A stretch of 64,000 nt of DNA from an uncultured Acidobacteriota bacterium (GCA_964400605.1 CAYNUH010000002.1:58866-122865); one strand, 5' to 3'; shown: positions 19,668 to 29,592, counted from the stretch's first letter. Notes: generated by a model not told the origin, from the letters alone. Numbers and translations: made by a program.

Positions 19668-20441
19668 ATGGGCAAGGCCATCCTCTACGACGCGACCCTC
19701 TGCATCGGCTGCAAGGCCTGCGAGCAGGCGTGCGCCGAACGCAACAACCTTCCGTACGACGCCGCCGTGGCCGCCGAGGCCCGTCAGTCGGACCACAAGC
19801 TGACGGTGGTGCTCACCGGCTCCGGCGATCGTTTCATGCGCCGGTTGTGCATGCACTGCGAAGATCCCACGTGTGCCTCCGTGTGCCCGGTGGGGGCGTT
19901 CCGCAAGACCGCGGAGGGCCCCGTGGTGTACGACGAGAGCCGGTGCATGGGCTGCCGCTACTGCATGGTGGCCTGTCCCTTCGGCGTCCCGCGGTACGAG
20001 TGGAGCCAGGTGCTGCCGCGGGTGCGCAAGTGCGATCTCTGCGCCGACAGACTGGCGTCGGGCGGGCAGACGGCGTGCGCGGAGATCTGCCCCACCGGAG
20101 CCACCAAGGTCGGGGAGCGCGACGCTCTCGTCGCCGAGGCGCGCGAGAGGATCCGCAGCGACCCCGGCCGTTACGTGGACCACATCTACGGGCTGACCGA
20201 GGTCGGCGGGACCAGCGTGCTCCTGCTCTCCGGTGTGCCGTTCGAGTCATTCGGCTACCGCGCGGACCTCATCCAGCAGCCGCTCCCGCTTCTGACCTAC
20301 CGGGTGCTTTCGCGCATCCCCGACCTGGTCGTCTTGGGCGGCGTGATGCTGGGTGGGATCTGGTGGATCACGAGCCGCCGCGAGGAGGTCGCCGCCGCCG
20401 AAGGGGACGCGAAGGTTCCCGCGTCAGGCGGGGGGAGGTGA
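19668..20441 (+). CDS. 4x[4Fe-4S] ferredoxin-type subunit (HybA/PsrB/NrfC/DmsB family) with a C-terminal TM anchor; no Tat signal
   Basis: Four Cys clusters (CIGCKACEQAC, CMHCEDPTCASVCP, CMGCRYCMVACP, CDLC...CAEICP) and a C-terminal hydrophobic helix. A GGAGGG ribosome-binding site is present. The protein begins MGKAILYD with no RR leader. Confidence 0.75.
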   Translation: MGKAILYDATLCIGCKACEQACAERNNLPYDAAVAAEARQSDHKLTVVLTGSGDRFMRRLCMHCEDPTCASVCPVGAFRKTAEGPVVYDESRCMGCRYCMVACPFGVPRYEWSQVLPRVRKCDLCADRLASGGQTACAEICPTGATKVGERDALVAEARERIRSDPGRYVDHIYGLTEVGGTSVLLLSGVPFESFGYRADLIQQPLPLLTYRVLSRIPDLVVLGGVMLGGIWWITSRREEVAAAEGDAKVPASGGGR

Positions 20442-20448
20442 CATCGCC

Positions 20449-21618
20449 ATGACCGTTCCTGTGCCGAGGTGGACCTTCTGGAAGGGGGCCTTTGTTCTCA
20501 TCATGCTGGCGGGCCTCTACGCGGCCATCCTGAGGTTTACGAAGGGGCTCGGGGCGTCCACGAACCTGAGCGACGCCTTTCCGTGGGGGCTCTGGGTCGG
20601 GTTCGACGTCCTGTGCGGCGTGATGCTGGCGGCCGGCGGATTCACCCTCACCGCGGCCGTCCACATCTTCAACATCGAGCGACTCAAGCCCATCATCCGC
20701 CCCACCGTGCTGACGGCGTTCCTCGGCTACCTCCTGGTGGTCGTGGCGCTCCTGTTCGACCTCGGCCGCTCCTACCGCATCTGGCACCCGCTGATCATGT
20801 GGAACCCGCGCTCGGTGATGTTCGAGGTGGGCTGGTGCGTGATGCTCTACAGCACGGTCCTGGCCCTCGAGTTCGCGCCGGTGGTGTTCGAACGGCTCCG
20901 GCTGGAGCGCGCATCGCGCATTCTGAGAATGATCTCCATCCCGCTCGTGATCGCGGGGGTGATCCTCTCGACGCTGCATCAGTCCTCGCTGGGAAGCCTC
21001 TATCTCATCGTCCCGCACAAGCTCCATCCGTACTGGTACACGCCGCTGCTGCCGGTGTTCTTCTTTCTCTCGGCCATCGGGATCGGGCTGGCCATGACGA
21101 TCTTCGAGTCGTGCATGAGTAGCAGGTACTTCGGCAAGAGGCTCGAGCTGCCGCTGCTGCGGGAGCTGGGCCGCATCCTCGTGGTCGTGCTGATGGTCTA
21201 CGGCGTGCTCCGGGTGCAGGACCTCCACCACCGGGGGGCGCTGGGGCTGGTGCTCCAGGACGGCTACGAGACCCGGCTCTTCATTCTGGAGGTGGTCCTG
21301 GGTCTGATGCTCCCCATCGCGCTCCTGCTCAATCCGCGCCTGCGCGAGAGCCCCGCCGGGCTCTACATCGCCTCGGTGTTGACCGTACTGGGCTTCATCG
21401 CCAACCGGCTGAACGTGAGCATCACGGGGATGGAGGCCTCGGCCGGCGTGCGGTACATCCCCAAGTGGACGGAGATGGCCGTGACCGCGAGCATCATCGC
21501 GACCGGGTTCGCCGTCTTCGGCATGGCCGTCAAATACCTCCCCATCTTCGTGGCCGAGGGGTGGCGTCCCGCGCCTGCGGCGCCGCTCCCCGCCGGTGCG
21601 CGCCATGCCGCCCCTTGA
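20449..21618 (+). CDS. NrfD/PsrC/HybB-family polytopic membrane quinone-interacting subunit
   Basis: About 10 TM helices with the NrfD-like organisation. A GGGAGGTG ribosome-binding site precedes ATG 20449. Confidence 0.7.
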   Translation: MTVPVPRWTFWKGAFVLIMLAGLYAAILRFTKGLGASTNLSDAFPWGLWVGFDVLCGVMLAAGGFTLTAAVHIFNIERLKPIIRPTVLTAFLGYLLVVVALLFDLGRSYRIWHPLIMWNPRSVMFEVGWCVMLYSTVLALEFAPVVFERLRLERASRILRMISIPLVIAGVILSTLHQSSLGSLYLIVPHKLHPYWYTPLLPVFFFLSAIGIGLAMTIFESCMSSRYFGKRLELPLLRELGRILVVVLMVYGVLRVQDLHHRGALGLVLQDGYETRLFILEVVLGLMLPIALLLNPRLRESPAGLYIASVLTVLGFIANRLNVSITGMEASAGVRYIPKWTEMAVTASIIATGFAVFGMAVKYLPIFVAEGWRPAPAAPLPAGARHAAP

Positions 21619-21652
21619 CGCGGGAGGGAAGGCGCGCGGCCGCGCCTCGGGA

Positions 21653-23281
21653 ATGGGCCGGATGAGCCGCAGCCTGAGCGTGCGGCTGACGGCGTTGCTG
21701 GTGGCCGCCACCGCGGCGATCTTCGCCCTGCTGGGGTACTTCAACATCCATCTGCACCGCCGGCACCTGGAGGCGGCCACGCTGCTCAGCGCCGAGCGGG
21801 TCAGCGACGTCATCAAGCGCAGCACCTCCTATTACATGCTGCGCAACGACCGCGAGGGGCTCTACCACATCATCGACACCGTGGCCGACGAGCCGGGCAT
21901 GGCGCGCATCCGCATCTTCAACCAGGAAGGGCGCATCAGCTTCTCCACCGACCCGGGGGAGGTGGACACCTACGTGGACAAGCGGGGGGAGGCCTGCTAC
22001 GCCTGCCACGCGCGGGCGCAGCCTCTGGCCCACCTGGACCGTCCCGACCGCTTCCGCATCTACCGCCTGCCGGGCGGGGAGAGGGCGCTCGGCATCATCA
22101 ACCCCATCGAGAACCTGCCCTCGTGTTCCTCCGCCGCGTGCCACGCCCACCCGGCCTCCCAGAAGATCCTGGGCGTGCTGGATACCAACCTCTCCCTTTC
22201 CGTGGCCGAGGCCAGCCTCGCCGAGAGCAGCCGCCAGATGCTCGCCCACACCCTCCTCGCCATCGCCGCCATCTCGCTCCTGTCGGGCCTGCTGGTCTGG
22301 AGACTGGTGCACGGCCCCGTGAAGGCGCTCAAGGTGGGCACGGAGCGGCTGACCCGCGGCGATCTGGGCCATCAGATCGAGGTGGGTTCGAGAAGCGACG
22401 AGATCGGAGAGCTGGCTTCCTCCTTCAACACCATGAGCCGGCAGCTCGGCGAGGCGCGGGAGGAATCGACGGCGTGGGCCCGCACCCTGGAGGAACGCGT
22501 CGCGCAGAAGACGAAGGAGCTGAAGCGCGCCCACGAGCACATGGTGCAGGTGGAGAAGATGGCCTCCATCGGCCGCCTGGCTGCCACCGTCGCCCACGAG
22601 ATCAACAACCCGCTCTCCGGGATCCTCACGTACGCCCGCCTGCTGAGGAAGTGGGCCGAGAGCGCACAGTGGGGGGACGGCCGCCGCGAGGAGGCGCTCA
22701 GCTCGCTGCGGCTCATCGAGAGCGAGAGCCGCCGGTGCGGGGAGATCGTCCGGAATCTGCTGATGTTCGCGCGGGCGGCCCCTCTCAATCTGGAGTCCGT
22801 CCCGATCGGGGCGGTCGTGGATCGCTGCGTGAGGCTGGTACGGCACCGGCTGGATCTGGCAGGCATCCAGCTCCATCTCGACATGGCCGGGGAGCTCCCT
22901 CCCGTGCGCTGCGATCCCTCGCAGCTGGAACAGGTGCTGCTGGCGCTGGTCATGAACGCGATCGAGGCGATGCCGCGGGGTGGGAACCTTTCCATCCGCT
23001 GCCGGCCCGTCGAGGAGATGGGAGAGGCGCGGATTGAGGTGCAGGACGACGGTGAGGGGATCCCGCCTGACGTCCTCCCGCAGCTCTTCGAGCCGTTCTT
23101 CACGACGAAGGAGAAGGGGCATGGCGTCGGGCTCGGATTGGCCATCAGCCGCGGCATCGTGGAGCGTCACGGCGGCCGCGTCGAGGTCCGTTCGGACCTC
23201 CAGAAGGGCACGACGGTGACGGTGACCATGCCCGTGGAAGGGGATGCGGCGGCCGCGCCGGACGCGGGCGCCGCCGCGTAG
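21653..23281 (+). CDS. sensor histidine kinase (periplasmic Cys-rich sensor, HAMP, HisKA, HATPase)
   Basis: TM, then a periplasmic domain containing CYACH, then a second TM, HAMP, H-box HEINNPL, and the N, G1 and G2 boxes. Confidence 0.8.
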   Translation: MGRMSRSLSVRLTALLVAATAAIFALLGYFNIHLHRRHLEAATLLSAERVSDVIKRSTSYYMLRNDREGLYHIIDTVADEPGMARIRIFNQEGRISFSTDPGEVDTYVDKRGEACYACHARAQPLAHLDRPDRFRIYRLPGGERALGIINPIENLPSCSSAACHAHPASQKILGVLDTNLSLSVAEASLAESSRQMLAHTLLAIAAISLLSGLLVWRLVHGPVKALKVGTERLTRGDLGHQIEVGSRSDEIGELASSFNTMSRQLGEAREESTAWARTLEERVAQKTKELKRAHEHMVQVEKMASIGRLAATVAHEINNPLSGILTYARLLRKWAESAQWGDGRREEALSSLRLIESESRRCGEIVRNLLMFARAAPLNLESVPIGAVVDRCVRLVRHRLDLAGIQLHLDMAGELPPVRCDPSQLEQVLLALVMNAIEAMPRGGNLSIRCRPVEEMGEARIEVQDDGEGIPPDVLPQLFEPFFTTKEKGHGVGLGLAISRGIVERHGGRVEVRSDLQKGTTVTVTMPVEGDAAAAPDAGAAA

Positions 23282-23296
23282 CGAGGGCGAAGGACC

Positions 23297-24646
23297 GTGA
23301 GCGACAAGGGAAGGATTCTGGTGGTGGACGACGAGCCCATCGTGAGGGACTCGCTCGCGAAGTGGTTTGCCGAGGAAGGGTACGAGACGGGCGCGGCGGA
23401 GAGCGCCCGCGAAGCCCTCAACCGGCTGGCGGAAGGACGCTGGGACCTGGCCCTCGTGGACATCAAAATGCCCGGAACGGACGGCATCGAGCTGCAGCGC
23501 CGGCTGAAGGAGATCGACCCGGATCTCGTCGTGATCATCATGACCGGCTACGCCTCGGTGGAGACGGCCGTGCAGGCGCTCAAGAACGGGGCCTACGACT
23601 ACGTCACGAAGCCCTTCGATCCCGACGACATCTCCCACGCGATCCGCAACGCTCTCTCGCACCGGCGGGCCCGCGCGGAGAATGTGCGGCTGCGGGAGGT
23701 CCTGGCGGAGACGGCGGGAGCGCCGGAGCTCATCGGCCGGAGCGCCGCCTTCCAGCGCGTCGCGGGCGCCATCGAGACCGTCGGCCCCACGGACGCCACC
23801 GTTCTCATCACGGGCGAGAGCGGGACGGGCAAGGAGCTGGTGGCCCGCGCCGTCCACGCCGCGAGCGCGCGCCGCTACAACCCCCTGGTGGTCATCCACT
23901 GCGGCGCTCTCACGGAGACACTCCTCGAGAGCGAGCTGTTCGGCCACGAGAAAGGCGCCTTCACCGGGGCCCAGTACCGCAAGAAGGGGAAGTTCGAGGT
24001 GGCCGAGGGGGGCACGGTGTTCCTGGACGAGATCGGCGACATCAGCCTGAAGACCCAGACGGACCTGCTGCGCGTCCTCCAGGAGAAGGAGATCACGCGC
24101 GTGGGGAGCAACCGGCCCATGCGCGTGGACTTCCGCTGCGTGGCCGCGACCCACAGGAACCTGGAGGCGCTCATCGAGGAGGGCAGGTTCCGGCCGGATC
24201 TCTTCTACAGGCTGAACGTCTTCCGGATGGAGATCCCCCCGTTGCGGGAACGGCGGGACGACATCCCTCTCCTGGCCGATGCCTTCGTCCGTCGCTTCTC
24301 CCTCGCCATGGGAAAGCACATCGCGAGGGTGACGCCGGCGGCCATGAACCTCCTGGTGCAGCATAACTGGCCGGGCAACGTCCGCGAGCTGGAGAACGCC
24401 GTGGAACGAGCGATGGTGGTGGCCTCGGAACCCGAGCTGCGCGAGGGGGACTTCACGCTGACGCTCCGCCCGGCGGAGCCCGCCGGCCGCACGCTCGAGG
24501 AGGTCGAGCGGGTGCACATCCTCAGAGTGCTGGAGGAGTGCGGGGGGAACAAGACGCGGGCCGCGGCGGCGCTGGACATCGATCGGGTCACGCTCCACAA
24601 CAAGCTGAAGAAGTACGGCTGGGTGAAGAAGGCCGTCGCGAGCTGA
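23297..24646 (+). CDS. sigma-54-dependent response regulator (NtrC family: REC plus AAA+ plus Fis HTH)
   Basis: GTG start. The receiver has DD...D...K; GESGTGKE Walker A; GAFTGA sigma-54 interaction motif; C-terminal HTH. Confidence 0.85.
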   Translation: MSDKGRILVVDDEPIVRDSLAKWFAEEGYETGAAESAREALNRLAEGRWDLALVDIKMPGTDGIELQRRLKEIDPDLVVIIMTGYASVETAVQALKNGAYDYVTKPFDPDDISHAIRNALSHRRARAENVRLREVLAETAGAPELIGRSAAFQRVAGAIETVGPTDATVLITGESGTGKELVARAVHAASARRYNPLVVIHCGALTETLLESELFGHEKGAFTGAQYRKKGKFEVAEGGTVFLDEIGDISLKTQTDLLRVLQEKEITRVGSNRPMRVDFRCVAATHRNLEALIEEGRFRPDLFYRLNVFRMEIPPLRERRDDIPLLADAFVRRFSLAMGKHIARVTPAAMNLLVQHNWPGNVRELENAVERAMVVASEPELREGDFTLTLRPAEPAGRTLEEVERVHILRVLEECGGNKTRAAAALDIDRVTLHNKLKKYGWVKKAVAS

Positions 24647-24663
24647 CCGAAGTGATCCACCTC

Positions 24664-25233
24664 ATGGCCATCGGTGGCGTGCCCGGCCGCGCGCTCGAGG
24701 ACCTCCGCCCGGCCCTCGGATCCGTGTTCGGCCGCCCTTGCGAGATCCTGTCCGTCGGACTGGACCCGGCGTTCGCATTCCACCCGGAGCGGCAGCAGTA
24801 CCACGCCACCGAGATCCTGGCCCGGCTCAGCTCGGCCCGGCCGCCCCGGCAGGGACGGCTCCTGGGCGTCGCGCACGTGGACTTGTTCATCCCCATCCTG
24901 ACCTTCGTCTTCGGGGAGGCGCAGCTTGGAGGAGAGTGCGCCGTGATCTCGACGCACCGCCTGCGCCAGGAGTTCTACGGGCTGCCCGCGGACCAGGACC
25001 TGCTCGCGGAGCGCACGTTGAAGGAGGCCGTGCACGAGCTGGGGCACTGCCTGGGACTGGTGCACTGCGAGGACCATCGCTGCGCGATGGCCGCGTCGCA
25101 CGCCGTGGAGTCGATCGACTTGAAGGAGACCGCGCTGTGCGCCGTGTGCCTGGGCCGCTCCGGCGTTGGTGAGGCGGTCAACCGGCCCGGCCGTGAGCGA
25201 TCACTTCGGCGATCACGGTCGGCGGGTGGGTGA
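24664..25233 (+). CDS. archaemetzincin-like zinc metallopeptidase (M54 family)
   Basis: HELGHCLGLVHCEDHRCAM (HExxHxxGxxH plus a Cys-rich zinc site) and C-terminal CAVC. Confidence 0.6.
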   Translation: MAIGGVPGRALEDLRPALGSVFGRPCEILSVGLDPAFAFHPERQQYHATEILARLSSARPPRQGRLLGVAHVDLFIPILTFVFGEAQLGGECAVISTHRLRQEFYGLPADQDLLAERTLKEAVHELGHCLGLVHCEDHRCAMAASHAVESIDLKETALCAVCLGRSGVGEAVNRPGRERSLRRSRSAGG

Positions 25234-25564
25234 GCGAGTTCTTGAGCGTGCACAAGTCCACCGACCGCTGCAACGGCGTCATGTGGCGATCCTCGATGGC
25301 GTGCGGGAGCACCACGCGGATGCGGATGTCCGCTAGCCTCCGGGGATCCTCCGCGTGGTCGGCGTCCCCGGTCACCAGCAGCCCGGCGTAGTCGAGCTGC
25401 CGCGTCCTCAGGTAGTTGACCGCGAAGACGCCCGCGCACGCCGCGAGGCTCCCGATGAACAGGATCGGCGGCGCCGGCAAAGGGCCGGGCCCGGGCGCCA
25501 CGGCCTGGCCGCCGTACGTGATCCGGTAGCGTCCTTCTCCGTCGAACGTCACCTCAACGCGCAT
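25178..25564 (-). CDS. OsmC/Ohr-family peroxiredoxin-like protein
   Basis: 128-aa OsmC fold with two conserved Cys (SLAACAG, DLCTLK). A GGGAGGG ribosome-binding site is present. The long upstream extension in the ORF track is read-through. Confidence 0.65.
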   Translation of the reverse strand: MRVEVTFDGEGRYRITYGGQAVAPGPGPLPAPPILFIGSLAACAGVFAVNYLRTRQLDYAGLLVTGDADHAEDPRRLADIRIRVVLPHAIEDRHMTPLQRSVDLCTLKNSLTHPPTVIAEVIAHGRAG

Positions 25565-25575
25565 GGTCCCTCCCG

Positions 25576-26367
25576 TCACTCCCCGGGGATCTTCTCCAGG
25601 GCCTCCAGCGCCTCGCGCCGCACGATGTAGGCGCGGTCCCAGTCGGACTCCTCGCCCCGGGTCACCAACCGATCGAGGAGGTTCCGGAGGTGCCGCCGGT
25701 TGTCGTCGTCCAGATATCCGTGCGCGGCCAGCTTCCCGAGGCTCCGCACGGACTTCGCACGCACGGCCGGCTGCGGATCGCCGGTGGCCCGGCACAATGC
25801 GTCGTAGATCTCCCGCCGCCGGCGCTCGGTCAGGGTGGAGGCGGGCACCACCTCGACGATCTTGCCGAGCGTCCGCGCGGCGCTGTCGCGCACCTCCTTG
25901 TCCGGGTGCATGAGGGATCCCACGACCTCGGGCAGGGACTCGTGCGCGGTCGGCGACTTGATCTTGCCGATGGCGAACAGCGCGAAGGAGCGGCTGTAGG
26001 AGTCCTGTGCGGTGGCCAGGAGCGTTCTCAAATGGGGAAGGGAAGCGACGCCGATCCGGCCGAGCGCGCTCGCGAGGTGGAGGTGGCTCTTGATGTCGGA
26101 GCCCTCCATCAGGCGGATCAGGATGGGGATGACGCCCTCCCCGGCGCGGACCAGGGTCTCCTCGGCCGCCTCGAGCGCCGGCTCGAGGTCGGGACGGTCG
26201 GACAGATCGATGTAGAAGAGGGCGCACAGGGCCTCGACCGCCCGTCTCAGATCCGCGCCCGCGAGCGTAGGGAGGATCTCCCGCACCTGCATCACGCTGC
26301 GGATGATCTCGACGGACTCCGAGGCTTGGAGCCCCGAAAGGATTGGGTCGAGCCGGCTCTCGTTCAT
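25576..26367 (-). CDS. HEAT / PBS-lyase-like repeat protein
   Basis: Repeated AxxALGxIG-type HEAT-like motifs across 263 aa. Confidence 0.55.
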   Translation of the reverse strand: MNESRLDPILSGLQASESVEIIRSVMQVREILPTLAGADLRRAVEALCALFYIDLSDRPDLEPALEAAEETLVRAGEGVIPILIRLMEGSDIKSHLHLASALGRIGVASLPHLRTLLATAQDSYSRSFALFAIGKIKSPTAHESLPEVVGSLMHPDKEVRDSAARTLGKIVEVVPASTLTERRRREIYDALCRATGDPQPAVRAKSVRSLGKLAAHGYLDDDNRRHLRNLLDRLVTRGEESDWDRAYIVRREALEALEKIPGE

Positions 26368-26398
26368 CGAATGCCTCCCCGCGCCTCCCTCGGCGCCC

Positions 26399-27031
26399 TC
26401 ACGCCGCGAACTGCTGCAGCTCGGTCTCGAGGAGAGCCACGTGCTCCTCCTCTTCCGCCGCGAGCTCGCGGCAGATCTCGCGCTCGATGCCCGGCGGCAG
26501 CTCGCGGGCGCGCCGCGCGAAGTGGTCGCGCGTGCGCCGCTCCATCATGAGCGCGCGCTCGTAGAGCGACTGGATCTGATCGACGCCCGGCTCGGGGTCG
26601 ATTCCCTTGAACATGCGGAGGGCCAGGAGCCGCTCGGCGTCGGGCGGCATCGCCAGTACTTCCGGATCGAGATGGACGTGGTACTTCTTCTCGATCTCCA
26701 GGAGGTGGTCCTGCTCCTTGAAGTAGAGCTGCTCGAGGACGGCCCGGGCTGTGGGGTCGACGGTTTGCCGGCGGGCCAGGCGGTAGAACTGGTACATGTC
26801 CACCTCGAGCTGGACGGCCTCCTCGATCACGCGGGCGCTTCGCGCCTGGGCCGCGGTGTAGGGCTCCACGACCTCGTTCTGGCCGCCGCACAGGAAGCAC
26901 CGGCCGTACGGGACGACGAAGCCCGTGGAACGCTTGCCGCACTCGCGGCACCTCCAGGTGTGTCGCAGCTCCGCGCAGCAGATGATGTCCTCGTCGACTT
27001 CCTGGTGGCACTTCGGGCAGGTCGAGGCCAT
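26399..27031 (-). CDS. rubrerythrin/ferritin-like diiron protein with an N-terminal Cys4 zinc-ribbon
   Basis: CPKC...CRECG ribbon, followed by ExxH-type ferritin-like helices. Confidence 0.5.
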   Translation of the reverse strand: MASTCPKCHQEVDEDIICCAELRHTWRCRECGKRSTGFVVPYGRCFLCGGQNEVVEPYTAAQARSARVIEEAVQLEVDMYQFYRLARRQTVDPTARAVLEQLYFKEQDHLLEIEKKYHVHLDPEVLAMPPDAERLLALRMFKGIDPEPGVDQIQSLYERALMMERRTRDHFARRARELPPGIEREICRELAAEEEEHVALLETELQQFAA

Positions 27032-27048
27032 GCCGCCTCCCTCCTCTC

Positions 27049-29592
27049 TTAGATCCTTCCGCCCACTCCCGGCGCCTCGACGGCGGGCGCCGGGGCCACG
27101 CCTCCGATCTCCTCCGGACGGCCGCGACCGTCCGGCCGGCGCACGCCGAGGTGCTCCATGATGCCGCGGGCCGCGCGGCGGCCCGCCCCCATGGCAAGAA
27201 TCACGGTGGCCGAGCCGGTGACGATGTCGCCGCCGGCGTACACGCCGGGGACATTGGTCTCACCGGTCGCTTCGTCCACCACGATGTAGCCCCATCGATT
27301 GGTCTCCAGACCCGGCGTGGTCTGCGAGACGATTGGATTCGCCCGCGTCCCGAGGGCGCAGATGACCGTGTCCACGTCTATGTCGAACTCCGATCCCGGA
27401 ACCGGCACGGGCCGCCGGCGCCCCGACTCGTCGGGGTCGCCCAGCTCCATCCTCACGCAAGTCATCCCGCGCGCCCAGCCGTTCTCGGTGCCCAGGATCC
27501 GGACCGGATTTGTGAGCCACTGGAAGACGATCCCCTCCTCGATGGCATGATGCAGCTCCTCCGCCCGGGCGGGGCACTCGGTGCGGCTGCGCCGGTACAC
27601 CACGCTCACCGATTCGGCGCCCATGCGCAGCGAGACACGGGCCGCGTCCATGGCCGTGTTGCCCGCGCCCACGACGGCGACCCGCCGGCCCATGCCCACG
27701 GGGGTGTCGTAGAGAGGCTGGCGGAACCCCTGCATGAGGTTCACGCGCGTGAGGAATTCGTTGGCCGAAAAGACGCCATTGAGGGATTCGCCCGGGATGT
27801 TCATGAAGCGCGGCGATCCGGCGCCCGTGGCGATGAAGACCGCGCTGAAGTCCATCGCACCCAGCAGGTGTGGGATCGTGAAGATCTTCCCGACGACCCT
27901 ATCCAGCTCGATCGTCACCCCGAGGCGGACGAGGTTCTCCAACTCGATGTCGATGGTGTCGTTGGGAAGGCGGAACTCGGGGATGCCGTACTTGAGGACC
28001 CCGCCGGCCACGTGGAGCGCTTCGTAGATCGTGACCTGCACGCCGGCCTTGGCGAGGTCGCCGGCGCAGGCGAGCCCCGCCGGGCCCGATCCGATGATGG
28101 CGACCTTCTTTGCCGCGGGCGAGGGCGAAGGCGCGACGTCCCAGCCGCGCCCGACGGCGACGTCCGCCACGAACCTCTCGAGCCGGCCGATGGCCACCGG
28201 CTCCAGCTTGGCCCCCACGATGCAGTTCGCCTCGCACTGCGTTTCCTGCGGGCAGACGCGGCCGCAGACGGCGGGCAGGGTGTTCGCGTCCTTGAGGATC
28301 CGGTAGGAGCCCTCGAGATCCCGGCGCGACAGCGCGGCGATGAAGCCGGGGATGTCGATCTCGACGGGGCACCCCGGGACGCACTTCGGCTTCCTGCACT
28401 GGAGACAGCGGTCCGCCTCGGCGACGGCCTGCTCGAGGGTGTATCCCAGGGCCACCTCTTCGAAGTTGTGCGCCCTCGAGAGCGCCGGCTGCTCGGGCAT
28501 GGGGGTCTTCTTCGGTGCCACCGTGCGCAGCGTCTTGACCGGCGCGCGAGCGCCCGCCGTGGGAGGGGGCTCCGGCTCCGGGAGCGGAGGAAGCGAAGAG
28601 GGCAGCACCCGGCAGCGCGAGGGGGCCTGGGCGGGGTTCGACCCGCCGGGACCGAGCGAGGCGAGGCGGGACGCTTCGCGCTCGTAGCGTTCCATCGCCT
28701 CCCGCTCCTCCCGCTCGAAGCGCTTCTGCCGGAGCATGAGCTCGTCGAAGTCCACGCCGTGGCCGTCGAAGTCGGGCCCGTCCACGCACGCGAACTTCAT
28801 GCCGCCTCCGATGGTGACACGGCAGGACCCGCACATCCCCGTCCCGTCCACCATGATGGAGTTGAGCGAAACCAGAGTGCGAATGCCGCGGGGGCGCGTC
28901 AGGTGCGCGCAGGCCTTCATCATGACGAGGGGGCCGATGGCCACCACGAGCCCAACGTCGGGATGCCGATCCAGAACCACGCGCAGGGCGTCGGTGACGA
29001 GTCCCTTCATGCCGAAGGATCCGTCGTCGGTGGTCACCAGGAATTCGTCGCTGAAGGCCTCGAACCGATCCTGCCAGAACATGAGATCGCGGGTGCGGAA
29101 GCCGATGATGGAGAGGGTGGTGTTGCCCGCCTCGCGGAACGCGCGAAGCTGCGGGAAGACGGGCGCCACGCCGAGGCCGCCTCCCACCAGCACGACCTTG
29201 CCACCCTTTGAGATCTCGCTGGCCACGCCGAGCGGGCCGATGAAGTCGAGGATCTCGGCTCCCTCGGGAAGCGCCATCATCTGGTGGGTCGTCTTGCCGA
29301 CCGCCTGGACGACCACGGTGACGGTCCCGCGCTCGCGATCGAAGTCCGCCACCGTGAGTGGTATCCGCTCCCCGGTTTCGTCCACGCGGACCATCAGGAA
29401 GTGGCCCGGCTCGGCCACCCGGGCGACATCGGGCGCCTGCACCTCCCAGAGGAACGTCGCGGGGCCGAACTGCTCACGCCTCACGATCCGGTACACGGCA
29501 TCTCCCGTTTCCGCCGCCGGTGCGTCGTTTGGCGCAGCCGCGGCCGCACCTGCGCCTTCTCTCTCACGAGAGGGCCGCGGAAGTGGCTGCAA
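27049..29592 (-). CDS. fused NfnA-like (PyrK/SudB ferredoxin-NADP reductase-like) plus NfnB-like (GltD/SudA, FAD/NAD(P), 2x[4Fe-4S]) oxidoreductase
   Basis: The N-terminal half has FAD/NAD-binding and a C-terminal [2Fe-2S] motif (CGxGMCGSCRV). The C-terminal half has CLQCRKPKCVPGCP...CGRVCPQETQCEANC, the dinucleotide fold VAIIGSGPAGLACA, and GltD blocks. Confidence 0.75.
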   Translation of the reverse strand: MQPLPRPSREREGAGAAAAAPNDAPAAETGDAVYRIVRREQFGPATFLWEVQAPDVARVAEPGHFLMVRVDETGERIPLTVADFDRERGTVTVVVQAVGKTTHQMMALPEGAEILDFIGPLGVASEISKGGKVVLVGGGLGVAPVFPQLRAFREAGNTTLSIIGFRTRDLMFWQDRFEAFSDEFLVTTDDGSFGMKGLVTDALRVVLDRHPDVGLVVAIGPLVMMKACAHLTRPRGIRTLVSLNSIMVDGTGMCGSCRVTIGGGMKFACVDGPDFDGHGVDFDELMLRQKRFEREEREAMERYEREASRLASLGPGGSNPAQAPSRCRVLPSSLPPLPEPEPPPTAGARAPVKTLRTVAPKKTPMPEQPALSRAHNFEEVALGYTLEQAVAEADRCLQCRKPKCVPGCPVEIDIPGFIAALSRRDLEGSYRILKDANTLPAVCGRVCPQETQCEANCIVGAKLEPVAIGRLERFVADVAVGRGWDVAPSPSPAAKKVAIIGSGPAGLACAGDLAKAGVQVTIYEALHVAGGVLKYGIPEFRLPNDTIDIELENLVRLGVTIELDRVVGKIFTIPHLLGAMDFSAVFIATGAGSPRFMNIPGESLNGVFSANEFLTRVNLMQGFRQPLYDTPVGMGRRVAVVGAGNTAMDAARVSLRMGAESVSVVYRRSRTECPARAEELHHAIEEGIVFQWLTNPVRILGTENGWARGMTCVRMELGDPDESGRRRPVPVPGSEFDIDVDTVICALGTRANPIVSQTTPGLETNRWGYIVVDEATGETNVPGVYAGGDIVTGSATVILAMGAGRRAARGIMEHLGVRRPDGRGRPEEIGGVAPAPAVEAPGVGGRI

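Noticed and set aside
21530-24598. 1022-aa ORF on - strand
   Set aside because: Antisense to the HK and NtrC genes, which have clear catalytic motifs on the + strand.
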